From Candidatus Pacearchaeota archaeon (GTDB lineage: Archaea; Nanobdellota; Nanobdellia; Pacearchaeales; GW2011-AR1), in the NCBI GenBank assembly GCA_016866995.1, contig VGKQ01000003.1:118-64117 (forward strand): a DNA stretch of 64,000 bases, written 5' to 3'. Under the pieces are notes generated by a model. It searched no databases. It saw nothing but the letters and a program-made list of their open reading frames with translations, and had not been told where the DNA came from. Made by a program: the position numbers and the translations under genes. Shown one piece after another: positions 56,701 through 62,853 of the stretch (position 1 is its first letter; the number at the start of each line of letters is the position of its first letter).

Positions 56701-57222
56701 TTATCTGTGAATTCTGTCTTCTTCTTGGGATTCACTTGGAATCATAAGATCTTTAGGATAATTATCAGGATAGCCATCTACTGTTTTTATAAGATTATTA
56801 TCCTTATCATAAATTTTAGTTTCAGAACTTGCTTTTCCATCTCTGTCATTATCTCTCATTCTTAAAACAAATTTTCCAATATATACTCCTGCTCTAAATA
56901 ATTCAATAGTCTGCTCTCCTTCTTTAATGCCTGGCTTCCACTGGGTTTTTTTATAAAATCCCTTTGCCCTGTATTCTACTCTATTTATGGAATTTTTATC
57001 AACTACTCCCTGTGCTTCAAATCTCTGGACAAATTCTCCCTTTTCATTATAAAAAGTAGTCTTTCCAATAACTTCTCTTTTATCATTAATAAACTTATAT
57101 TCTTTTCCAGGAATAACTATCTTTGTTCCTGGAGCTAATCTTTCGAGTATAGTTTGACATCCGCAAGTTATTCCGGTAGCTAGAACTATAGCAACTAATC
57201 CTGCTCTTAGCAATTTTTTCAT
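56701..57222 (-). CDS. putative lipoprotein / exported protein
   Basis: Signal peptide followed by Cys residues (LATGITCGC). Confidence 0.5.
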   Translation of the reverse strand: MKKLLRAGLVAIVLATGITCGCQTILERLAPGTKIVIPGKEYKFINDKREVIGKTTFYNEKGEFVQRFEAQGVVDKNSINRVEYRAKGFYKKTQWKPGIKEGEQTIELFRAGVYIGKFVLRMRDNDRDGKASSETKIYDKDNNLIKTVDGYPDNYPKDLMIPSESQEEDRIHR

Positions 57223-57311
57223 ATTTTTATAATAAATTTATTATTCTTAAATATTTATATACTAAGATAACATACTAAAATGTTGTTTTAGATTTCTATT
57301 ACCCCTCTTAA

Positions 57312-57330
57312 TCTCCCCTTAGAGGGGAGA
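57312..57330 (-). terminator. perfect 8-bp hairpin 26 nt downstream of the metallophosphoesterase gene
   Basis: tctcccct-tag-aggggaga. No obvious oligo-T run follows, so the terminator role is uncertain. Confidence 0.3.
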
Positions 57331-57355
57331 ATTATAGGAATAATCTATGATTATT

Positions 57356-57991
57356 CTAGATTTCTATGATTTTTCCCTTTCTTCCAACATTTATTATTCT
57401 GGTTTTTCCTATTTTTTCCTCAATTCCTTCAAGTTCATGAATATGCCCTGAAATGAACAAGTCGGGCTGGAATTTTTCTATTGCTTTTCTTATTCCGCTT
57501 GAACCTGGGAAGCCAGAAAGCTCAGAGCGAGTTCCTTCTGCATGCATATGTGTTACTAAAATTTTCTTTTCGAGATTTTTTATTTTTTCAAAATTCTTTT
57601 TTAACTGCTCAAATGCTTCTTTTTCATTTAATTGCAGAGTGCCTGGATTTCCCAAGCCAAAAATTCCTATGTTTCCATACTTGGCATGATATTCATGCAG
57701 ATTTTTTATTCCATACATTCTTGATAAAAAATCTGCTGTGTCTGGGGAGTCCCAGTTTCCTGGCACAAAGAGAACTTTTTCCTTTCTGCTTGTGAATGGC
57801 TTGATTAAATTTTCTGTTTCTATTAATCCAACTATATCTCCTGTTAATATAACCAAATCTACTTTTTCCCTTTCTGCTTTTTTTGCAAGTTCGAGAGCAA
57901 GTTTCGTATCTCCATGTATGTCTCCTGCTGCGAGAATTTTGAATTTCTTCTCTTGTTTTTCTTCTTTCTTTGTTTTTTTTGATTCTATCAT
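57356..57991 (-). CDS. calcineurin-like metallophosphoesterase
   Basis: GDIHGD, GDIVG, GNWD and GHIH motifs. Confidence 0.8.
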   Translation of the reverse strand: MIESKKTKKEEKQEKKFKILAAGDIHGDTKLALELAKKAEREKVDLVILTGDIVGLIETENLIKPFTSRKEKVLFVPGNWDSPDTADFLSRMYGIKNLHEYHAKYGNIGIFGLGNPGTLQLNEKEAFEQLKKNFEKIKNLEKKILVTHMHAEGTRSELSGFPGSSGIRKAIEKFQPDLFISGHIHELEGIEEKIGKTRIINVGRKGKIIEI

Positions 57992-58173
57992 ATTCTTATT
58001 AGTTTATTATTGTTTAAAAATGTTCTTTATTAACTCGCTATTTAAGATTTAATTGTTTATTATTAATAATTGTTTCTTGGATTTATTTTTACACTTTACT
58101 TTTAGAAAATATAGAAGAAATAAGAGAAAAACGAAAGTTTTATAAGGATAATCAGTATATAATAATTATATAC

Positions 58174-58202
58174 GCTCACCATTGCTTATGCAATGGGTGA
58201 GC
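58174..58202 (+). promoter_or_regulatory. perfect 12-bp-stem palindrome/hairpin just upstream of NYN copy 2
   Basis: gctcaccattgc-ttat-gcaatgggtgagc. It ends 7 nt before the ATG at 58210 and sits just downstream of the AT-rich TATA-like run 58155-58171. Confidence 0.55.
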
Positions 58203-58209
58203 ACCTAAA

Positions 58210-58809
58210 ATGAAGGTTTCTGTATTTATAGACGGAAATAATTTTTATCATGGTTTGAGATATATTTATGGCAAAGAAGCAAGATTAAAAATGTTTGATT
58301 ATAAGGGGTTTATAGATTATCTCTTAAAAGACAGAGAGGTTTCAGAAATTTTTTATTATAATGCTGAGCTTGACAAATCAAAAAATCAAGAAAAATTTAA
58401 AAGTCAGAAAGAATTTTTTAATAATCTAAAGAAAATACCCAAATTTAATTTAATATTATGCAAGTTATTAAAAAGAAAAATAAAAGGAACAAACAAATTT
58501 TATTATGTCCTTAAAGAGGATGATATACATATGGCTGTTGATATAGTAGAAGGAGCTTGCGAAGATAATTTTGATGTTGCTATTCTTGTATCAGGAGATG
58601 GTGATTTTGTTCCTGCTGTGAGGGCTGTTCAGAAGAGAAGCAAGATTGTGGAAAATATTTATTTCAAAAAAAGCTCATCCAGAAACTTAAAACAACATTG
58701 CAACAAATCTTTAGAGCTAACAAAAGAAATTTTAGACAATTTTTCCAGTCATTATCAAAAAACAAACCCGTTAGGGCTTATTAGCAGAAAATCTAATGAT
58801 TTTCGCTAA
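58210..58809 (+). CDS. NYN/LabA-like (PIN-related) domain protein, copy 2
   Basis: VSVFIDGNNFYH and AILVSGDGDFVPAVRAVQ signatures. The stop codon lies inside the first dif-like site. Confidence 0.7.
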   Translation: MKVSVFIDGNNFYHGLRYIYGKEARLKMFDYKGFIDYLLKDREVSEIFYYNAELDKSKNQEKFKSQKEFFNNLKKIPKFNLILCKLLKRKIKGTNKFYYVLKEDDIHMAVDIVEGACEDNFDVAILVSGDGDFVPAVRAVQKRSKIVENIYFKKSSSRNLKQHCNKSLELTKEILDNFSSHYQKTNPLGLISRKSNDFR

Positions 58810-58827
58810 AAGTCTGTTATATTCAAT
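58800..58827 (+). repeat. dif-like site J0 (array boundary, degenerate left arm overlapping the NYN stop codon)
   Basis: TTTTCGCTAAA-AGTCTG-TTATATTCAAT. The right arm is identical to J3, J5 and J10. Confidence 0.45.
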
Positions 58828-58982
58828 TCTGGGTTTGCCTTACAGGCACGCTTCGCTACCGAAAATTCTAATGTTGTTATCTTCGTTAAAATCATAAAGA
58901 AAACTCTCACAAAATTGCTACGCAACTTTGCCTAACAAAATTTTAACGAAATTGTTGAAAAAAACCTCCACCAAAAGCACAC
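58827..58982 (+). repeat. left arm of the segmented inverted repeat bracketing ORF 59022-59426
   Basis: Blocks ttctgggtttgcc, ccgaaaattc, gttgttat, ttgttgaaaaa and aaaagcac(ac) are each the reverse complement of a block in 59427-59489. The left arm carries extra inserted segments. Confidence 0.8.
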
Positions 58983-58992
58983 AAACGATAGA

Positions 58993-59000
58993 TTTAAATA
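58993..59000 (+). promoter_or_regulatory. TATA box of module ORF 59022-59426
   Basis: tttaaata is centred about 26 nt upstream of the ATG, the spacing expected for a leaderless archaeal mRNA. Confidence 0.5.
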
Positions 59001-59021
59001 ATTCTTAATTTAAATAAATAT

Positions 59022-59426
59022 ATGATGCCAAAAAATAACAAACCAGATGGTGTTTCAAATGCTTTAATCCTACTTTGGATAAGTCTTGGAGTAGGAGTTC
59101 TAAACAGCATAATTAATTTTTCAAATTCTGTTGATTTGGCACAAGGATATGGTTCTGGATTTGTTATTTTTGTAACTCTTTTCACATTGGTGTTTATGGC
59201 TTTCTTTATCTATATGATAGGGCAAGGAAAGAATTGGGCAAGAATCACTTTTTTGGTTCTATTCATAATTGGAATTCCTTTTTCCGTATTGCCTGCAATA
59301 GTCTTGCTTGTAACAAACCCAATCTCTGCAATGTTTTCAGCAGGCATAACTATATTGCAATTAATCGCACTAATTTTCTTATTCCAAAAAAGTTCTTCTG
59401 ATTGGTTTCATTCTATGAAAAAATAG
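59022..59426 (+). CDS. small membrane protein (module J0-J1)
   Basis: 134 aa, about 4 hydrophobic helices, own TATA box. Confidence 0.6.
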   Translation: MMPKNNKPDGVSNALILLWISLGVGVLNSIINFSNSVDLAQGYGSGFVIFVTLFTLVFMAFFIYMIGQGKNWARITFLVLFIIGIPFSVLPAIVLLVTNPISAMFSAGITILQLIALIFLFQKSSSDWFHSMKK

Positions 59427-59489
59427 TGTGCTTTCCAAAAATAATTTTTCAACAACTACAATAACAACGAATTTTCGGCAAACCCAGAA
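59427..59489 (+). repeat. right arm of the segmented inverted repeat bracketing ORF 59022-59426
   Basis: gtgtgcttt, tttttcaacaa, ataacaac, gaattttcgg and (gg)caaacccagaa. About 51 matched nt in five colinear blocks. Confidence 0.8.
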
Positions 59490-59491
59490 CT

Positions 59492-59530
59492 CGAGATTTT
59501 TCCCTTCGGGAACATTGCATTAAAATCTCG
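59492..59530 (+). other. module-terminal stem-loop preceding J1
   Basis: cgagatttt ... aaaatctcg (9 bp) enclosing the inner hairpin ttccc-ttc-gggaa. It ends 14 nt before the J1 left arm. Confidence 0.6.
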
Positions 59531-59544
59531 TCCTCATTTCATTC

Positions 59545-59572
59545 GGAGAAACTAACAGGGCTTATACGCGAT
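59545..59572 (+). repeat. dif-like site J1
   Basis: GGAGAAACTAA-CAGGGC-TTATACGCGAT. Confidence 0.55.
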
Positions 59573-59723
59573 AGCTCTTCTGAAGAAGACTACCTCTGCG
59601 GGGAAATTTATATTATCATCAGCAAGAATTTTTTAAAGTTAGCCCCTTGACCACGCAACAAGTTGCTCTCGCTTCATTATAAATCCATTTCATTCCTTTA
59701 TACATTCAGCTCGGGGGACTTAA
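59562..59723 (+). repeat. noncoding module R-div (diverged relative of module R) between J1 and J2
   Basis: About 160 bp with no ORF. It shares with R the 3' end ATTCAGCTCG..GGGA.T.TAA and an internal AGCCCC..ACCAC...TTGCTC.CGC block. Confidence 0.5.
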
Positions 59724-59740
59724 CACTAATTAGTTTCAAT
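59713..59740 (+). repeat. dif-like site J2
   Basis: GGGGGACTTAA-CACTAA-TTAGTTTCAAT. Confidence 0.55.
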
Positions 59741-59806
59741 AAGCGGGCGAGCTAAAAGTTAGTCAAAATTTTCAATTTTGAAGAAATAAATAAAATAGGG
59801 CAAGTC

Positions 59807-60049
59807 TTACTTCTTTTGTCTGTTGATTAATTCAGGTTCGCCAAAATTTCCATTACCATCATTTTTTGCAACAAATGTATCATAATCAGCAAAATCCCAA
59901 TGAGATTCACCATAATTTCCTGCGACAACTTCTTGTTTTTTATCATTATTCAAATCAACATAAGCATTATAATTTCTTGGTTGGTTGTCGCAACCAGCTA
60001 AAGCTAAAACCAATGCTCCAATTCCCAGTGCTTTTCTCATAAATCTCAT
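59807..60049 (-). CDS. small lipoprotein with FG-GAP-like motif (module J2-J3)
   Basis: Lipobox LALAGC. DLNNDKKQEVV and NDGNGNFG resemble FG-GAP/VCBS repeat cores. Confidence 0.6.
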   Translation of the reverse strand: MRFMRKALGIGALVLALAGCDNQPRNYNAYVDLNNDKKQEVVAGNYGESHWDFADYDTFVAKNDGNGNFGEPELINRQKK

Positions 60050-60071
60050 AGTTGATTGTAATTGACTTATC

Positions 60072-60079
60072 TTTATAAA
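60072..60079 (-). promoter_or_regulatory. TATA box of module ORF 59807-60049
   Basis: tttataaa is centred about 26 nt upstream of the minus-strand ATG at 60049. Confidence 0.5.
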
Positions 60080-60136
60080 TCTTTTGGTTAATTTACTACT
60101 TTATAGTTAATATTGATAACGCCGAATTCTGAACTC

Positions 60137-60153
60137 AAAATCCTTCGGATTTT
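60137..60153 (+). other. module-terminal hairpin preceding J3
   Basis: aaaatcc-ttc-ggatttt, a perfect 7-bp stem ending 2 nt before the J3 left arm. An outer bulged pairing CGCCGAA (60120-60126) with TTCGG-gt-CG reaches into the arm. Confidence 0.6.
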
Positions 60154-60155
60154 TC

Positions 60156-60183
60156 GGGTCGGATAACACAGCTTATATTCAAT
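60156..60183 (+). repeat. dif-like site J3
   Basis: GGGTCGGATAA-CACAGC-TTATATTCAAT. Confidence 0.65.
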
Positions 60184-60323
60184 TTCTTCACAATATTCTT
60201 TGTTCAGAAACTTTGGGCTCGATATACTAATCCCAAGAAACCACCAAAGCCCCACCACCCTTAATTGCTCGCCCAACCTTCCAGAGGAATTATTAACATA
60301 ATTCAGCTCGTCAGGGAATATAA
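60173..60323 (+). repeat. noncoding module R copy 1 (J3 to J4)
   Basis: 151 bp. Identical to copy 2 except for one C in a C-run (tcccaag versus tccccaag). Starts TTATATTC and ends GAATATAA (8-bp terminal inverted repeat). Confidence 0.9.
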
Positions 60324-60340
60324 CAGCGATTATGCACAAT
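60313..60340 (+). repeat. dif-like site J4
   Basis: AGGGAATATAA-CAGCGA-TTATGCACAAT. Confidence 0.65.
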
Positions 60341-60434
60341 AAATTTTTGGGCTCGGGCAGAATATAGTCTCGCAAATTTTCAATTTGCTTGTTATTTAGA
60401 ATAAGGGGCTTTGGCTAAAAGAAAAAAACTCTGC

Positions 60435-60884
60435 TTATCGTCTTCCGAAGCTTAATTCTCTAGTCCTTTCTGCATATGCTTTTCCATCGTTATGATCCTC
60501 CCCTATTCTTAATCTTCCGTTCTCATCGCGATTTGGAAAGAAATGAGGATTATAAAATGGATGAACAAGTTCATTATCATAAAGAACACTTCCATCTTTT
60601 GCATGAATAGACATGATTGCATCGGGTAATCCCAAAAATGGAATTCCAGTTGTACTTTTCATAATTTTTCTTCCTTGAAAAATATCCATATCTTGTATTT
60701 CTTCAGGAACTCTTTCTAAATGGGTTACAACCACATTAGAGTAGGGCGTTACTTCTTTTAATTTTCCCCTAATACATTTTCGTTTATTAAATTGATTAAC
60801 AAAAATAACACTTACAAATTCTCCAAGATGTTCAGGAAGTCTTTCCATTGCTTCAATTCTTTCAGCTTGATTCATCATTTTCAT
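60435..60884 (-). CDS. hypothetical protein (module J4-J5)
   Basis: 149-aa ORF, no family recognised. Confidence 0.55.
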   Translation of the reverse strand: MKMMNQAERIEAMERLPEHLGEFVSVIFVNQFNKRKCIRGKLKEVTPYSNVVVTHLERVPEEIQDMDIFQGRKIMKSTTGIPFLGLPDAIMSIHAKDGSVLYDNELVHPFYNPHFFPNRDENGRLRIGEDHNDGKAYAERTRELSFGRR

Positions 60885-61038
60885 TTACCTTATAAATAGA
60901 ATAAACAGCCCCTATTTAAACCTTTCGATTTTAACTACTTAGAAAAGACAACATAAAAGCCAAAGCCCCTAAAAACGAGCCCTCGCCCAAAAATTTACTT
61001 TCTCAGAAAACTTCGTTTTCTTCGAACTTTTTCACTCT

Positions 61039-61083
61039 GAAATTTCCAGCCTCTTTTCGCTTTCGCTCAAAGGGGGAAATTTC
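61039..61083 (+). other. module-terminal stem-loop preceding J5
   Basis: gaaatttcc ... ggaaatttc (9 bp), ending 7 nt before the J5 left arm. Confidence 0.55.
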
Positions 61084-61090
61084 GAGGAAA

Positions 61091-61118
61091 AAGGAAACTA
61101 ACACCAATTATATTCAAT
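61091..61118 (+). repeat. dif-like site J5
   Basis: AAGGAAACTAA-CACCAA-TTATATTCAAT. Confidence 0.65.
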
Positions 61119-61259
61119 TTCTTCACAATATTCTTTGTTCAGAAACTTTGGGCTCGATATACTAATCCCCAAGAAACCACCAAAGCCCCACCACCCTTAA
61201 TTGCTCGCCCAACCTTCCAGAGGAATTATTAACATAATTCAGCTCGTCAGGGAATATAA
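61108..61259 (+). repeat. noncoding module R copy 2 (J5 to J6)
   Basis: 152 bp. See copy 1. Confidence 0.9.
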
Positions 61260-61276
61260 CACCAATTAGCCAAAAT
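61249..61276 (+). repeat. dif-like site J6
   Basis: AGGGAATATAA-CACCAA-TTAGCCAAAAT. Confidence 0.6.
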
Positions 61277-61330
61277 TTTTTCCTGCTGGAAAAAACTCGA
61301 GTGAAATTAATCAATTGACCGCCCCCGCCC

Positions 61331-61343
61331 GATGGACAAGCGC
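61331..61343 (+). repeat. left copy of the 13-bp perfect inverted repeat bracketing ORF 61422-61868
   Basis: gatggacaagcgc, preceded by ccccgccc and followed by TAAC. Confidence 0.85.
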
Positions 61344-61363
61344 TAACGATAATTATTTAAAGC
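61336..61363 (+). repeat. possible dif-like site J6a (weak arms, overlaps the TATA region of the downstream ORF)
   Basis: ACAAGCGCTAA-CGATAA-TTATTTAAAGC. Confidence 0.35.
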
Positions 61364-61421
61364 ATACTTCCTTACAGATTCTAACCGAAAGGGCGAAAGA
61401 GTTCTGTGATAAAATTTGAAA

Positions 61422-61868
61422 ATGGACAATACAATTCAACCAGAATTAAGCAGATTTGCTAAATTTGTAGTTGGCGCCGTAGGTTCTGCCGTTGTTGCAC
61501 TTTGCACCTATCTTCCGATAATGAGCTTTACTGAAAAATATAATTCTTCATATCCTGAAATACAATCTAAGCTAAATTCTTGGGTGCAAAGTTCTCCAAG
61601 AAATGAAGTACAAGAAAGAAAAGATAGATTGCGCCAACTTGAAAGACAAGTTTTAGAAAAGGCTCAAATGTTTGATGGAAAACTGGGTCTGTCTTTCGAA
61701 GACCAAGCAAATCTGGCTAGAGAGTTGGGATATAAGGGAACTCTTTCGCAAGGAAGAAGATTCTATTTTGGGCAAGATATAAGAGGATTTCCAGAATCTC
61801 AACTTATTATTGGAAATGAATCTTTAGAAGTTAGTGAAGAAACTGCCCAAAATTACTTGAAAAAATAA
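61422..61868 (+). CDS. hypothetical protein with one N-terminal TM helix (module J6-J7)
   Basis: 148 aa from the ATG at 61422 (the track uses the TTG at 61416). The stop TAA lies inside an ATAAC half-site. Confidence 0.55.
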   Translation: MDNTIQPELSRFAKFVVGAVGSAVVALCTYLPIMSFTEKYNSSYPEIQSKLNSWVQSSPRNEVQERKDRLRQLERQVLEKAQMFDGKLGLSFEDQANLARELGYKGTLSQGRRFYFGQDIRGFPESQLIIGNESLEVSEETAQNYLKK

Positions 61869-61869
61869 C

Positions 61870-61882
61870 GCGCTTGTCCATC
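61870..61882 (+). repeat. right copy of the 13-bp perfect inverted repeat bracketing ORF 61422-61868
   Basis: gcgcttgtccatc, preceded by ATAAC and followed by ccccgccc-TAAC. Confidence 0.85.
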
Positions 61883-61911
61883 CCCCGCCCTAACAATAGT
61901 CTAATTTTACT

Positions 61912-61985
61912 CGCCCTATCAGGAGTATTCGCCTCAGCTCTGAAAAAGCTCCACTTTTTGCGGGTCGCTCACGAGGATAGGGTCG
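61912..61985 (+). other. module-terminal stem-loop whose 3' strand runs into the J7 left arm
   Basis: cgcCCTATC ... GATAGGGtcg, 9 positions with one mismatch. An inner aaaaag-ctcca-cttttt hairpin is present. Confidence 0.5.
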
Positions 61986-62007
61986 GATAACACCAATTAT
62001 GTCTAAT
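61980..62007 (+). repeat. dif-like site J7 (best match to bacterial dif)
   Basis: GGGTCGGATAA-CACCAA-TTATGTCTAAT versus E. coli dif GGTGCGCATAA-TGTATA-TTATGTTAAAT. 17 of 22 arm positions are identical by hand count. Confidence 0.7.
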
Positions 62008-62088
62008 TGTTCGAAGGCACTAAACTTAGAAATTAAAAGAGAGTTAAAGATGGCACTTCAATGCCCCCGACCACCTACCCTCAAATTC

Positions 62089-62361
62089 TCAATTCTTGTA
62101 AATCTTATCGTGATGATCAAAATCCGAGAAAAAGATAAAATTATTCATTTTGTCAAATTTGAATACAAGAACAAAATGCCCAACATGAGCTCTCTTAAAT
62201 TCTTTCATGTCATATCTTAAATTTTTATAATGCTCGATGTCAGGGCTATTTAAGACTTCATTCATCTTATTAAGAAGATTTTCGTAAAGTTGCTTGTCTT
62301 TTTTCTCAAGTTTAGCAAGAATTCTATCAAACTCTTTACTAGTCTTATATTGCCTCGGCAT
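62089..62361 (-). CDS. relE: RelE/ParE-family toxin (module J7-J8)
   Basis: 90 aa. The KLEKKDKQLYENLLNKMNEVL ... KNLRYDMKEFKRAHVGHFVLVFKFD ... FDHHDKIY pattern is typical of RelE/StbE toxins. Confidence 0.7.
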   Translation of the reverse strand: MPRQYKTSKEFDRILAKLEKKDKQLYENLLNKMNEVLNSPDIEHYKNLRYDMKEFKRAHVGHFVLVFKFDKMNNFIFFSDFDHHDKIYKN

Positions 62362-62362
62362 T

Positions 62363-62608
62363 TTACCTCTTTTCTATCTTCTTTCTTAATTGTTTGATAG
62401 AATTAAGGGTTTCGCCATAACCTTCTTCTTCAATTTTTCTTAATTTTTCTAAGTATTCAGGCCTTAATTCAGGTTCTATAATATTTGCTCCACATTCTAT
62501 AACAATTTTGGCAATAGCTTCACTTTTAGTCTTTAGATTATATCTAGCTTTAACTATATTCAAAATTTGATTAGCTTCATTAGGAATTTCAATCATTGCT
62601 TGAACCAT
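62363..62608 (-). CDS. putative antitoxin (DUF2683-like) of the RelE module
   Basis: 81 aa, ending 1 nt before the toxin start. The N-terminus IEIPNEANQILNIVKARYNLKTKSEAIAKIV resembles archaeal RelE-partner antitoxins. Confidence 0.55.
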   Translation of the reverse strand: MVQAMIEIPNEANQILNIVKARYNLKTKSEAIAKIVIECGANIIEPELRPEYLEKLRKIEEEGYGETLNSIKQLRKKIEKR

Positions 62609-62820
62609 TTTTACGATTTTATATATTTAGTATAAATATCTTATATATATGAAGTATATAAACCTTTCGTTTTTGAAAAAATTTACAAACAGCCAACCAA
62701 AATTTCTTCTTTTTCAAAAAAAGAAGCAAAAACCGCGCGCGTGCCCCAAAACGAAAACTATACTGCCGACGACTTTTGATTTTTTGCCTTCGCCGAACGT
62801 TGCGCTCTCGCCTTTGGCTC

Positions 62821-62848
62821 GGGGCGTATAACACAGCTTATAAGAAAT
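62821..62848 (+). repeat. dif-like site J8
   Basis: GGGGCGTATAA-CACAGC-TTATAAGAAAT. Confidence 0.65.
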
Positions 62849-62853
62849 ATTAC

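Noticed and set aside
58141-58170. Possible extra degenerate dif-like site upstream of NYN copy 2 (TATAAGGATAA-TCAGTA-TATAATAATTA).
   Set aside because: The right arm lacks TTAT, and the stretch is generic AT-rich promoter sequence. It is too weak to call by eye.
60109-60130. Left-half-only motifs ATAA-CGCCGA (60116-60125), ATAA-CGCGCT (61865-61874) and CTAA-CAATAG-TCTAATT (61891-61907).
   Set aside because: Each lacks a TTAT-type right arm, or has it displaced. They may be remnants or parts of the folded structures, so they were not counted as sites.
60088-60375. 95-aa minus-strand ORF in the track. Similar cases are 63298-63504 (+), 63510-63959 (+), 62619-62834 (-), 62649-62831 (+) and 61999-62220 (+).
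   Set aside because: These cross the repeated noncoding module R or dif-like sites, or are antisense to better ORFs. The frame is not conserved between the R copies (different strands in copies 1 and 3, none in copy 2). The translations are low-complexity.
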